A stretch of DNA of 64,000 nucleotides. It comes from an uncultured Candidatus Micrarchaeota archaeon (lineage in GTDB: Archaea > Micrarchaeota > Micrarchaeia > Anstonellales > Bilamarchaeaceae). Location: positions 376,392 through 440,391 of the forward strand of contig OY970229.1 in NCBI GenBank assembly GCA_963714085.1, given 5' to 3'. Under the pieces are notes generated by a model. It had not been told where the DNA came from. It was given only the letters and a program-made list of their open reading frames with translations, and ran no database searches. Shown here piece after piece: positions 47,401 through 54,212 of the stretch (position 1 is its first letter; the number at the start of each line of letters is the position of its first letter). The translations under genes were made by a program, and so were the position numbers.

Positions 47401-48057
47401 AGTAGAGTTAGTCACGTTGTCCAGTTCGATGCCCCTGGGACTGTTGGTGGTAAGGTTAGCGACAGTATTGTTTGCTATAATCAAATTGCTTGAACCGTAT
47501 AGATAAATGCCTACCTGGTAGGTGGTAGGCGCGGCAGGAGGGCCGGAGATTATGCAGTTCGTCAAAGTAACGTTAGTAGAAGTCTGGATAAAAATGCCGT
47601 CTGCGGGATATATGCCGGTGTTCTGGATGGTGTTGTTCGCGCAGTCCAAGGCAACATTGTTTGAAATGATTTTGACGCATGCGTAAGTAAAAATTATCGG
47701 TACGGCGTTCGGCGCGCCGATGGAGCTTATGTTCAGCACGTAGGAGCCTGGCAGGGTTATCACAGGGCAGTTGGTGTTCAGCACGATGGGACCTGGTGGG
47801 CCGCCGAGAGGGCTTTCTGCGGATGTTTGCGATGCGGTCCCGTTTTGCTGGCTCGCGGACTCGCCTTGGACGGATTGGTTCGAGGAGTCATTTGCAACAA
47901 GCGTGCCGTTATCGCCCGCGGACTGGTTATCCGGGGTCGCATTGAACGCGCTCCCGTTCTGGTCGGACTGGGCATGGCTCACTGTCATGTATGTGAACAA
48001 TGATATAGTCAATACCAACAATAATACCGAAAATACTACATTCCCCCTTGGCCGCAT
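42703..48057 (-). CDS. Giant surface protein, paralog 3 (1784 aa)
   Basis: MRPRGNVVFSVLLLVLTISLFTYMTVSHAQS..., with beta-helix coils, a NIDO-like module, and the same C-terminal unit and TM anchor. The track start at 48063 is TTG; ATG 48057 aligns with the paralog 2 start. Confidence 0.9.
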   Translation of the reverse strand: MRPRGNVVFSVLLLVLTISLFTYMTVSHAQSDQNGSAFNATPDNQSAGDNGTLVANDSSNQSVQGESASQQNGTASQTSAESPLGGPPGPIVLNTNCPVITLPGSYVLNISSIGAPNAVPIIFTYACVKIISNNVALDCANNTIQNTGIYPADGIFIQTSTNVTLTNCIISGPPAAPTTYQVGIYLYGSSNLIIANNTVANLTTNSPRGIELDNVTNSTISGNILSKCDIGIDFYIPNSANGNNYNTITGNNITGGTYYGIYGGGFSTTTNNNTIANNNIYGNYGGMFFGPGSGNSVYGNNVYNNSYDGIVLQGSNSSIYDNIVVNQSDHGIDFIGNKSSIYSNVVINDGNQGPYNTNNGITASSESYSDGLLYVQIYNNTVDGCAPNGILVSGTNASIYSNNVNNSFDMGIQVGVYNGPAPNVAVYNNSVSNTNNYSIYSYYSDNVSIYNNVVSNSLSGILSIGEYGYENATIDNNIAYNNTYGIYISTPNSAVYNNSATNNSYGIYVFAYAGNNVYVHDNNASDNAYGISIVSASGGTVCRNTVDNDTNSGIYLYAQTGESVYGNNISGDHYGIFAGYYLLFGNYNNLSGNNISNNQYGIYFAPSNNNYVSDSVIDNNTYGVYFTSVYWYPGSAYSANNTLSNLILDDNTYGIYLSSSSNNTMTNISIENSTYDSYLVSSSNNNTFSNISFGNSTYGALVSSSNSNTFANSSFDNSSGTCVSLASSNNNVICNDSFNYSFSGVHLYSSSNNALYNSSFYYTNSPIYVYYSSNHNALHDNSIDGILEGVYIDQSNQNSVYNNTIASMDYFPDIYLTSSNQNSVSNNSIVNNSGGGVDLESSNQNSIVDNDADNGYSGIILDSSNQNNVANNSADNYSGNYGISLYSSDQNAISGNSADYDYGGIYLQYSDQNNLSGNVADNSTWNGIMLYSSSQNALYNNSAMENNYFDLYVYPLSSSDCQNDIADTVGSASRPIYYSNGSVSWDSLDAAEIELCGADGSNVTNSVVNGSDTLYNDGFLEYYTDNSAINNTASSYNALGFGMLYDDNGVYSNDSAIANGYQGFYADALSASSLSNCTADDNAYHGFDMESSGPNSINGSSASGNPIGIYLYSAEGNNFSGFNASDNSVWAFSSYSGSTGNIVDNLTLGNDMVSFDSEDVNVQQSGPPQGYIGGSPSVEVDILSTEAINDKVTGISDGPSGSRDITSFGPTSNAYNGSIAYTPTPDAGATVASVPTDITPVSDISSPQTMYGDDALSSDITLPFNVTLFGRQNDHIAISTNGFVYLSNDIIASSDSSCCGQARMDSQTITQGSDFLVAGVWGDLVSDGVVSNITYGVAGTAPNRVYVISYDHNAEYDGVDTSGNDTFEIKLFENGSETSIATNAPDPSGLYDINRFVQSTSNSPDSFLFLNLSYTPADVASLNASTLFMARYDAAGWDVNSSDFSSPYGVDTSDGYVFANIIDFGSTFGILGGTPTTPQAPPPVYTPSSPPPVEIPLSLSLTRAPCPANQVTVTAYSGPGTKIRLLLTSPYEGLVDQQIAGSDGTATFQLSASGTYEADASQNGYLPGSETFTFTTCAIAPPPVPPPVTSSGCTSDDQCPLVDFCNLSIGACQPVTGVCGFAANHAWSSYRCCQDSDCPTANVCIAHACEPVDLTGDKEGLVGGQGKVHATVGGQAFVNATLEIILPGGPSFQTTTDANGDAVLPFAFHGNYTVNLLLAGSSVKSHIIAVALPPPAAQPPAPALVEQPPNYCWVLPLIIAMILAYLAYRKWRNGKNKRKPAQKA

Positions 48058-48077
48058 ACGCAATTTACGCGGCTAGC

Positions 48078-48088
48078 ATTTAAAAAGA
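48078..48088 (-). promoter_or_regulatory. TATA box of giant paralog 3
   Basis: The minus strand reads attCTTTTTAAATg, then 20 nt, then ATG(48057). Confidence 0.5.
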
Positions 48089-48175
48089 ATTCCTTTTGCG
48101 TATGCCGATTTACCGAAGATAATGCGATTGTTTCACCGAGGTGGTGGTTTTCCTCCGCTCCGCCACGCGTCGGGC

Positions 48176-49888
48176 TCACTTCTTCTCGTCTTCCCACAGT
48201 TTCTTGACTAGCTGGCGCAGCTCCTCGCGCTTGCGCTTGAACTCGTCCTCCTCGTCCCGCGTGAGCGCTATCTCCTGGGTGAGCTCGCTTGTCTTCTCGG
48301 CAGGGGCCGCGGCTGCCCCTCCGCCGGCCCGCAGCTCCAGCACGCCGGCCTGCCTGGAGAGCAGGGCGAGCTTCTTGTTAAGGTTCTCGGAGGTCTTGGA
48401 CAGCGATTCGATGCTGTTTTTCACGCTTTCGAGCATCTGCCGCTTCTTCTCGATCTCGGCGGCTATTTTCATGACTTCCTCGACCTTCTCGTTGTCCATG
48501 TGCTCGGACGCCTTCTCGGCCTGGGCCTCTATGTCCCGGGTGACGGCGCTGACATCCGACTTCATCTTCCTGAGCTCGGCGTCGAGCCCCTCCATCTCGC
48601 GCCTGTTGCGCTCGAGGGATGGCATCACCTTCTCGCGTATGGACTGGTATGTGAGGAACGTCTCCTTCTCCTCGGACAGCGCGGTGGAGAGCTCCTGGAG
48701 CTGCGCCGAGAGCTCGTCCATCCGCTCGGCCATCCGGTTGCCCAGGTCCTCGAATTCGGCTCCAACGGTCCCGGCGCCTCCGGCCACGTCGAGCAGCTTC
48801 TTCAGCGCCTTCGTGCGCTCGTCTATGCTTTTCTCCGACTTCTGCACCTTCTCCAGCTCCTGGACCAGGCCCTTCTGCGCCGGGAAGCGGTCCAGTATCT
48901 CTTTCGCCACGTTCATGGAATCCGAGAAATGCTCCATGGTCTCCTTGTCCCTCTCGAGCCTGTCCGCGAGCTTCGTGCTCTTGGCCTTGAGCTCCTCGGC
49001 CTGGCCTGAGAGCGTGGAGATGTCCTGTTTCATGGAGGCGATCTTCTTGTCGTAGTCCTTCATGGACTCCCCGATGACCTTGAGCACGTCCTTGCCCTCC
49101 TGCAGCCCGGTGAGGTCCTGCCTCATGCGTGCGGACCGCTCCTTCGTGTCCTTGAATTCGGACATCAGCTCGTCGAGCTTGTCGCGGATGTCATCCATCC
49201 TGGGCATCTCGATCTCCTGGGGCCCTGTTTTCGCATAGCGGTCGGCCTTCAGTTTCAGGGACGAGAGGTCCTTCCTCATGCCCGCTAGCTCGGCCGAGAG
49301 CGCGTCCAGCCGATCGACGGTCTTCTTGGTCGGCCCCTTCTCCATGGTCTTGCCGATGCCCTCAATCTCGCGGCGCGAATCGTCGAGCTCCTTTGTGACG
49401 GAATCCAGCCGGGTCACCGCGTCGTCAAGCTTCTCCAGGTACTCGTCCAGCCTCGCCGTGCCTCCTGCCTTGGCCTTGTCAACGCCCTCGAGCTTCTTCT
49501 CCAGCTCGCTGAGCCTGGGGGAGAGCTTCGCGTAGAGCTCGTTGAAGGAATTGTTCAGCTCGTCCAGCCCCTGCGCCTGGGGCTGGGCCTCTTTCTTCAG
49601 CGCGGCGATCTCTTCCTGGACATCGGTGCGCTTCTTGTAGAACTCCTCCTTCTCCGCGGCGACCTGCTGCTCGGTCGGGGCTACCCACACCAGGTATATC
49701 TTTGTGAGCCGGTACTCTATCCTGATTATGCCTTCCTCCTCGAGCGCCGCGCCCCAGTCCTCGATCGTGGTCTCTGGTATGTTCAGGACCGCTGCGGCTT
49801 CGGTGAGCTCGATGCGCCCCTTGTCCTTGACGAGCCGGACCAGGGCGTCGACTCCGGTTGTGATAAGCAGTTCATCGAACTCGACCAT
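48176..49888 (-). CDS. Winged-helix N-terminal domain plus ~500-aa coiled-coil protein
   Basis: MVEFDELLITTGVDALVRLVKDKGRIELTEAAAVLNIPETTIEDWGAALEEEGIIRIEYRLTKIYLVW, followed by continuous heptad-rich E/K/L sequence. ATG at 49888 (the track start at 49894 is GTG). TATA-like ataatattaataaag lies upstream. Confidence 0.8.
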   Translation of the reverse strand: MVEFDELLITTGVDALVRLVKDKGRIELTEAAAVLNIPETTIEDWGAALEEEGIIRIEYRLTKIYLVWVAPTEQQVAAEKEEFYKKRTDVQEEIAALKKEAQPQAQGLDELNNSFNELYAKLSPRLSELEKKLEGVDKAKAGGTARLDEYLEKLDDAVTRLDSVTKELDDSRREIEGIGKTMEKGPTKKTVDRLDALSAELAGMRKDLSSLKLKADRYAKTGPQEIEMPRMDDIRDKLDELMSEFKDTKERSARMRQDLTGLQEGKDVLKVIGESMKDYDKKIASMKQDISTLSGQAEELKAKSTKLADRLERDKETMEHFSDSMNVAKEILDRFPAQKGLVQELEKVQKSEKSIDERTKALKKLLDVAGGAGTVGAEFEDLGNRMAERMDELSAQLQELSTALSEEKETFLTYQSIREKVMPSLERNRREMEGLDAELRKMKSDVSAVTRDIEAQAEKASEHMDNEKVEEVMKIAAEIEKKRQMLESVKNSIESLSKTSENLNKKLALLSRQAGVLELRAGGGAAAAPAEKTSELTQEIALTRDEEDEFKRKREELRQLVKKLWEDEKK

Positions 49889-49980
49889 GGGCACAAATAA
49901 CCCGAGTAGCTTTATTAATATTATGCCGAATGGTTATTGGTATTGGTAAGTCACAATCGAATGTCCGCCACTGTGATCGC

Positions 49981-51471
49981 ATGGCAAGCTCAGATTACAA
50001 GATAGAGAAGCTGGAGAAGGGCCCGCTCCAGCGCTTCAAGAACCAGAACCTGCTCCTCAAGAAATTCGGAGAGGTCGGCCTCCAGGTATACAAGGTCATA
50101 ACCGGCAAGAGGACCGCTGCCGAACTGCGCAAGGACCTGGACATGGAGGACGCGAAGTTCAATGCCATACTCAAATACATGGAAGAAGCCGGGATGGTGA
50201 AGCTCGTCCCGCTCGGGGCGGAGGCCGGAGAGGAGGCGGCCCCTGAGGAAGCTCCTGAGGAGGAGGCGCCCAGTAAGCAGAAGGAGGAGCTCGCCCCGGA
50301 AGAGGAGATAGCGCCGGAGGAGGAAGTTGAGGAAGCTCCGGCCAGGAAGAAGAAGCCTGCTCCCGAGGAGGAAGAGATCGCTCCCGAGATACAGCCGGAA
50401 GAGGAAGCCGAAGAAGCGCCGAAAAAGAAACCTGCTGTTGAAGAGGAGGAGATAGTCCCTGAGGAGATACAGCCCGAGGAAGTCCCTGAGGAAGCTCCGG
50501 CCAGGAAGAAGAAGCCTGCTCCCGAGGAGGAAGAGATCGCTCCCGAGATACAGCCGGAAGAGGAGGAAGCTCCGAAGAGGAAGCCGGCTGCGGAGGAGGC
50601 TCCGGAAGAAGCGCCTGCAGAGGAGGAGGGCGAGAAGGAGCTCGCTCCGGAAGAGATATCGTTCGGAGGGGAGGAGGCGCCTGAGAAAGCCGAGGAGGGC
50701 GAGGAGGAGAGCCCGGTCGAGAAGATAATACGCGACAAGTACGGCGACATCGGCGTACAGGTGTACACGCTCATAGACGGCCAACGGACAGCGGAGGAGA
50801 TAATGGACGAGACGGGCCTGAGCGAGGCGAAGCTCGTGGAGATCCTGGATTTCCTGGACGAGCAGGGCATAATCAAGCTCGAGTACCCGAAGGGGAAGCC
50901 CGAGGCGACCCCGGTTGCGGAGAAGACGAAGGAGGCCACCGAGGAGTTCGCGCCCATGATAGAGGGCGAGGAGGAGACGGAGAAGACTGCGGTGAAGGAC
51001 ACCTCGCCCGTCCTGCTCCCTGCCAAGTCCCAGGTGGCCATAACTAAATCCGTGCAGATGCGCGCCAAGACCATGCTGCGTTACGGGGACGCGGGGGACA
51101 AGATGCTCTCGGCCATAGACGGCAAGAAGGACGTCATAGACGTCGCGCTCCAGCTCAACCTGCCCCTGCCCAAGGTCATGGAGATGCTGAACTTCGCCAG
51201 GGACGAGGGGGGCATCAGCATCGTCCCGGTGGACAGGGCCGAGGTCCGCAAGAAGTACGGCGAGGACGGCTTCAGCATCTACAAGCGGTACGGCAAGGAG
51301 GGGCTCATGCTCTACGAGCTCATCGGAAAGGAGCTAACGATAAAGGAGATGGCCGAGCGCGTGACCACGGACAAGGCCAAAGTCGTGGACATGTTCCTGT
51401 TCATATACGAGGTGCTCGGCATAGAGATGCCCATAAACAAGGAGACGCTGATGAAGCAGCTGGGGCTCTGA
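49981..51471 (+). CDS. Protein with four ~50-aa winged-helix-like modules separated by E/P/A-rich acidic repeats
   Basis: The modules are GEVGLQVYKVITGKRTAAELRKDL..AKFNAILKYMEEAGMVKL, YGDIGVQVYTLIDGQRTAEEIMDETGLSEAKLVEILDFLDEQGIIKL, and two more. The spacers read EEAPARKKKPAPEEEEIAPEIQPEEE. I chose ATG 49981. Confidence 0.8.
   Translation: MASSDYKIEKLEKGPLQRFKNQNLLLKKFGEVGLQVYKVITGKRTAAELRKDLDMEDAKFNAILKYMEEAGMVKLVPLGAEAGEEAAPEEAPEEEAPSKQKEELAPEEEIAPEEEVEEAPARKKKPAPEEEEIAPEIQPEEEAEEAPKKKPAVEEEEIVPEEIQPEEVPEEAPARKKKPAPEEEEIAPEIQPEEEEAPKRKPAAEEAPEEAPAEEEGEKELAPEEISFGGEEAPEKAEEGEEESPVEKIIRDKYGDIGVQVYTLIDGQRTAEEIMDETGLSEAKLVEILDFLDEQGIIKLEYPKGKPEATPVAEKTKEATEEFAPMIEGEEETEKTAVKDTSPVLLPAKSQVAITKSVQMRAKTMLRYGDAGDKMLSAIDGKKDVIDVALQLNLPLPKVMEMLNFARDEGGISIVPVDRAEVRKKYGEDGFSIYKRYGKEGLMLYELIGKELTIKEMAERVTTDKAKVVDMFLFIYEVLGIEMPINKETLMKQLGL
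50329..50564 (+). repeat. Exact 77-bp direct repeat (50329-50405 and 50488-50564), in frame, 159-bp period
   Basis: gaggaagctccggccaggaagaagaagcctgctcccgaggaggaagagatcgctcccgagatacagccggaagagga occurs twice, verbatim. Confidence 0.9.
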
Positions 51472-51518
51472 GTCCTGATTTTTCTAAACCTGAAATAAGC
51501 TCCCGGGACGCCGGGGCA

Positions 51519-52184
51519 TCATTTGTGGTGTTGCCTCTCCTCGAGGGCCGCTGTCATCAGCGTTCTTATCGCAATGTCATCGGTATGGCTCTGCACGTAT
51601 TCCAGGTTCTCGGTGCGCCTTTCCTGTTTCTCGAGTATCTTGGCCGCGCGGCGCCTTGCGTCAATGCTGCAGGTTGATTTTGCGGCGATATATGTGAGCG
51701 TGTTCAGATGCTGTTCGTTCTCCAGCCTCTCCATGTTGTGCTCCAAGGATGTGTCCACCGCAGATGCTATGCGCGGCTCGGCATTCTTGGCCAGGAATAA
51801 CAGTGTTGGCAGGTCGAAATCCCATATGGCGGTCGTGAGGTTGCTTTCAAGCGCCCTTTTTGCGCCTTCGTGCCCTCTTCGCACTGCCAGCTGAACGAGC
51901 ATGGCCCTTGCTTCGTCCCGCTCGCCCGGGTCACGCCTCCCGAGACCTTTTATGGACTCGCCCACAAGGATGGACATTGCATCGACTGGCGCTTGCGTGG
52001 ACGGGGTTCTGGGTTGTCTGGACCTGGCATCGGGCCGGTCCTGGCCCCCGATGCTTTGCGGGAATGCGCCCACGCGACGCAGCGCTTTTCTGATCCTGGA
52101 CGCTACGTCAAGTAATCTGTCCGTCCTGCGCCTCCGCTGTGTAGGTGCCGCACTCAGTACTGCGAAATGCGCTAATTGATTCAT
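51519..52184 (-). CDS. Hypothetical protein (helical)
   Basis: A 221-aa ORF with ATG at 52184. atttaaaaattttta lies ~30-45 nt upstream. I recognise no family. Competing plus-strand ORFs are shorter and low-complexity. Confidence 0.5.
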   Translation of the reverse strand: MNQLAHFAVLSAAPTQRRRRTDRLLDVASRIRKALRRVGAFPQSIGGQDRPDARSRQPRTPSTQAPVDAMSILVGESIKGLGRRDPGERDEARAMLVQLAVRRGHEGAKRALESNLTTAIWDFDLPTLLFLAKNAEPRIASAVDTSLEHNMERLENEQHLNTLTYIAAKSTCSIDARRRAAKILEKQERRTENLEYVQSHTDDIAIRTLMTAALEERQHHK

Positions 52185-52270
52185 CTGTTCGCCTTTAGTA
52201 CTTTAAACAATAAAAATTTTTAAATCTGTCGGAATGTGGGCTCTCCCGGTTTGGAAGCCCCGGAGCGCGG

Positions 52271-52666
52271 CTAATTCCTTATCCTTGAGAGGGATATCGC
52301 CTCGAGCCGCAGCGGATCGCCGCGCCTTTGGAGCGGTTTCCTGACCTCTTCCGCATCGAGCGCTTCCAGGATTTTTCGTTTGCCCTCCCCGAACGACACT
52401 ACGAGCAGCTCGCCGCCCTTTGGGGCGCTTTTGGCGATTGCGCTCTTTATGTCCGTCTTGCCCGTGAGCCAGAGCAGGAACTCGTACTTGAATCGGTTGG
52501 CGATGCACGCCTTCCTTCCAGAGCACCTCCGCGCCAGATGCTGCGCGAGCTCAAGCTCCTCTATGGATTGCGCGCAGGATGGCGCGAGCGCCAATGCGCC
52601 CAGCGGGCCGGAGCGGGCGATGATATCGGCGGCGGGGAGCCTGCTCCGTGCGAATAGGGCCAGCAT
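52271..52666 (-). CDS. Possible KEOPS subunit Cgi121-like protein
   Basis: ..RFKYEFLLWLTGKTDIKSAIAKSAPKGGELLVVSF.. resembles the Cgi121 core (..MEILLyaSGqrqIxxAIxxxG...), and the size fits (131 aa). This assignment is from memory of the family pattern only. Confidence 0.45.
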   Translation of the reverse strand: MLALFARSRLPAADIIARSGPLGALALAPSCAQSIEELELAQHLARRCSGRKACIANRFKYEFLLWLTGKTDIKSAIAKSAPKGGELLVVSFGEGKRKILEALDAEEVRKPLQRRGDPLRLEAISLSRIRN

Positions 52667-52725
52667 ACATGCTTTAAAAACTGTCCCATTATAAAAACAT
52701 TCTGCTATTTACGAGGTGCATATTT

Positions 52726-53106
52726 ATGGAACAGTATCACAAGCCATCGAACAAGAAGGTGAGCTCCGGGACCGGAGGCAGGAGACGCGCGTTCAACGAC
52801 AAGCGGCGCTGCCAAGTGGGCGGCGTGTTCACGGCGACCAAGGTCGGTAACGTGGACCTGTGCAGGACCAGAAGGACCAGGGGAGGGGACAGCTCGCTCA
52901 AGCTCAAGAAGGCGCTCACCATAAACGTCGTCACCAAGACCGGGTCGAAGAAGGGGAAGATCACGAAAGTGCTCGAGAGCCACAACCCGGAGCACGTGCG
53001 CATGAACATAATCACGAAGGGCACGGTCGTCGAGACCGACCTCGGCAAGGTGAAGGTCACCAACCGCGTGGGCCAGGACGGCATCGTGAACGGAGTGCTA
53101 ATCTGA
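52726..53106 (+). CDS. rps8e: 30S ribosomal protein S8e
   Basis: MEQYHKPSNKKVSSGTGGRRRAFNDKRR...LKLKKA...V.......K.KI..V..N.....R.NIITKG is the S8e pattern. gaggtg lies upstream of the ATG. Confidence 0.9.
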   Translation: MEQYHKPSNKKVSSGTGGRRRAFNDKRRCQVGGVFTATKVGNVDLCRTRRTRGGDSSLKLKKALTINVVTKTGSKKGKITKVLESHNPEHVRMNIITKGTVVETDLGKVKVTNRVGQDGIVNGVLI

Positions 53107-53131
53107 TTTTTTCACTTTTCCTGGAAAAAAA

Positions 53132-53494
53132 TTACTCGGGAGTTTGTGCGGCGGCTGAGCAGATAGACAGGACTATCGCACTCACTTCGCTTGGCTCGGG
53201 CATGCTGCCTTCCACGACCAAGTCCACTTTTTTGTCCCCGCTTTTGAGCCTGCGTCCGAACGTGAATTGACATTCAGAGCATCTGTCGCCAGGGCCCAGT
53301 TCCGGGCGTACGAGGCCGTTTATCTTTGCGACCAGCTCCTCCGCGTTTACGGCATCGACATTGGTCTGCCTGACGCCGCTGATACCCTCGGTCTCGACGC
53401 TCGCCACGAAGCGATGACCCCTGCCTGGTTGAAGCGTTCTTGTGGCATCTCGCCCGTTCATGGGCTCCTTAAACGCGCTTATGTGGACTCTCAT
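53132..53494 (-). CDS. Hypothetical protein (120 aa)
   Basis: The ATG is preceded by gaggcggtgag, and cattataataaaataag lies ~30-45 nt upstream. I recognise no family. Confidence 0.45.
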   Translation of the reverse strand: MRVHISAFKEPMNGRDATRTLQPGRGHRFVASVETEGISGVRQTNVDAVNAEELVAKINGLVRPELGPGDRCSECQFTFGRRLKSGDKKVDLVVEGSMPEPSEVSAIVLSICSAAAQTPE

Positions 53495-53557
53495 CTCACC
53501 GCCTCAGCATTGTGTTTCTTATTTTATTATAATGGAGAAGGTTTTTAGTCCTGAGCA

Positions 53558-54208
53558 TCAAATCTTTTCCCCGAAGCGCATTATCCGCCTCATTATGAGG
53601 AAGCCGTCGAACCACGCGAGCGGCAGCCACAGGGGCGGGCCGAGCATCGCGACCGCATAGTGCCAGTTGCCCGAGAGGATGTTGATAGTCTCCATGGCGG
53701 TGGCGAGCGCCCCTGCGCAGATTCCAGCCGCGAGCTCCTCTTTCTTCAGATACCCCATCAAGAAGAAGCCGACAGTGACGACCACGAATCCGAGCAGCGT
53801 GAGCAGCTCATTCGCGAAGACGAACCTGAGCAGCAACGTGCCCGCGAGAGCCGCGGTCAGCGCCTTCCAAGAGAAGCGCAGCCCCTCGGCCCCTGGAAAC
53901 GCCTCGTCGAAAAGCAGGGCTGCCATGCCCCAGCCGACCGGAGCCCAGAGCGGGGCGGGAAGGTAGTGCGCATTGGAGTACGTCCATATGCCGAACGCCA
54001 CCGCGATGTTCTCGCACGCGCCGCCCACAAGCGTGGCCAGGACGAAGCGCCTGACCTTCGCCCATCTCCCGTATGCGAGGTGTATGGCGCTGAATCCCAG
54101 CATCACCGCGAAGAGCAGCAGCTCGTTCCTGTAAAGCAGCGCCAGGAGGAACGTGCCGATTGCGAAGAATGCGAGCGCCACCGCGGGGCTGACCGTGCGA
54201 TCCTCCAT
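53558..54208 (-). CDS. Integral membrane protein with internal duplication
   Basis: Multi-TM protein. Its two halves share a motif: GGACENIAVAFGIWTYSNAHYLPAPLWAPVGW versus AGALATAMETINILSGNWHYAVAMLGPPLWLPLAW. Its ATG is 4 nt after the metG stop. Confidence 0.7.
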   Translation of the reverse strand: MEDRTVSPAVALAFFAIGTFLLALLYRNELLLFAVMLGFSAIHLAYGRWAKVRRFVLATLVGGACENIAVAFGIWTYSNAHYLPAPLWAPVGWGMAALLFDEAFPGAEGLRFSWKALTAALAGTLLLRFVFANELLTLLGFVVVTVGFFLMGYLKKEELAAGICAGALATAMETINILSGNWHYAVAMLGPPLWLPLAWFDGFLIMRRIMRFGEKI

Positions 54209-54212
54209 GCCA

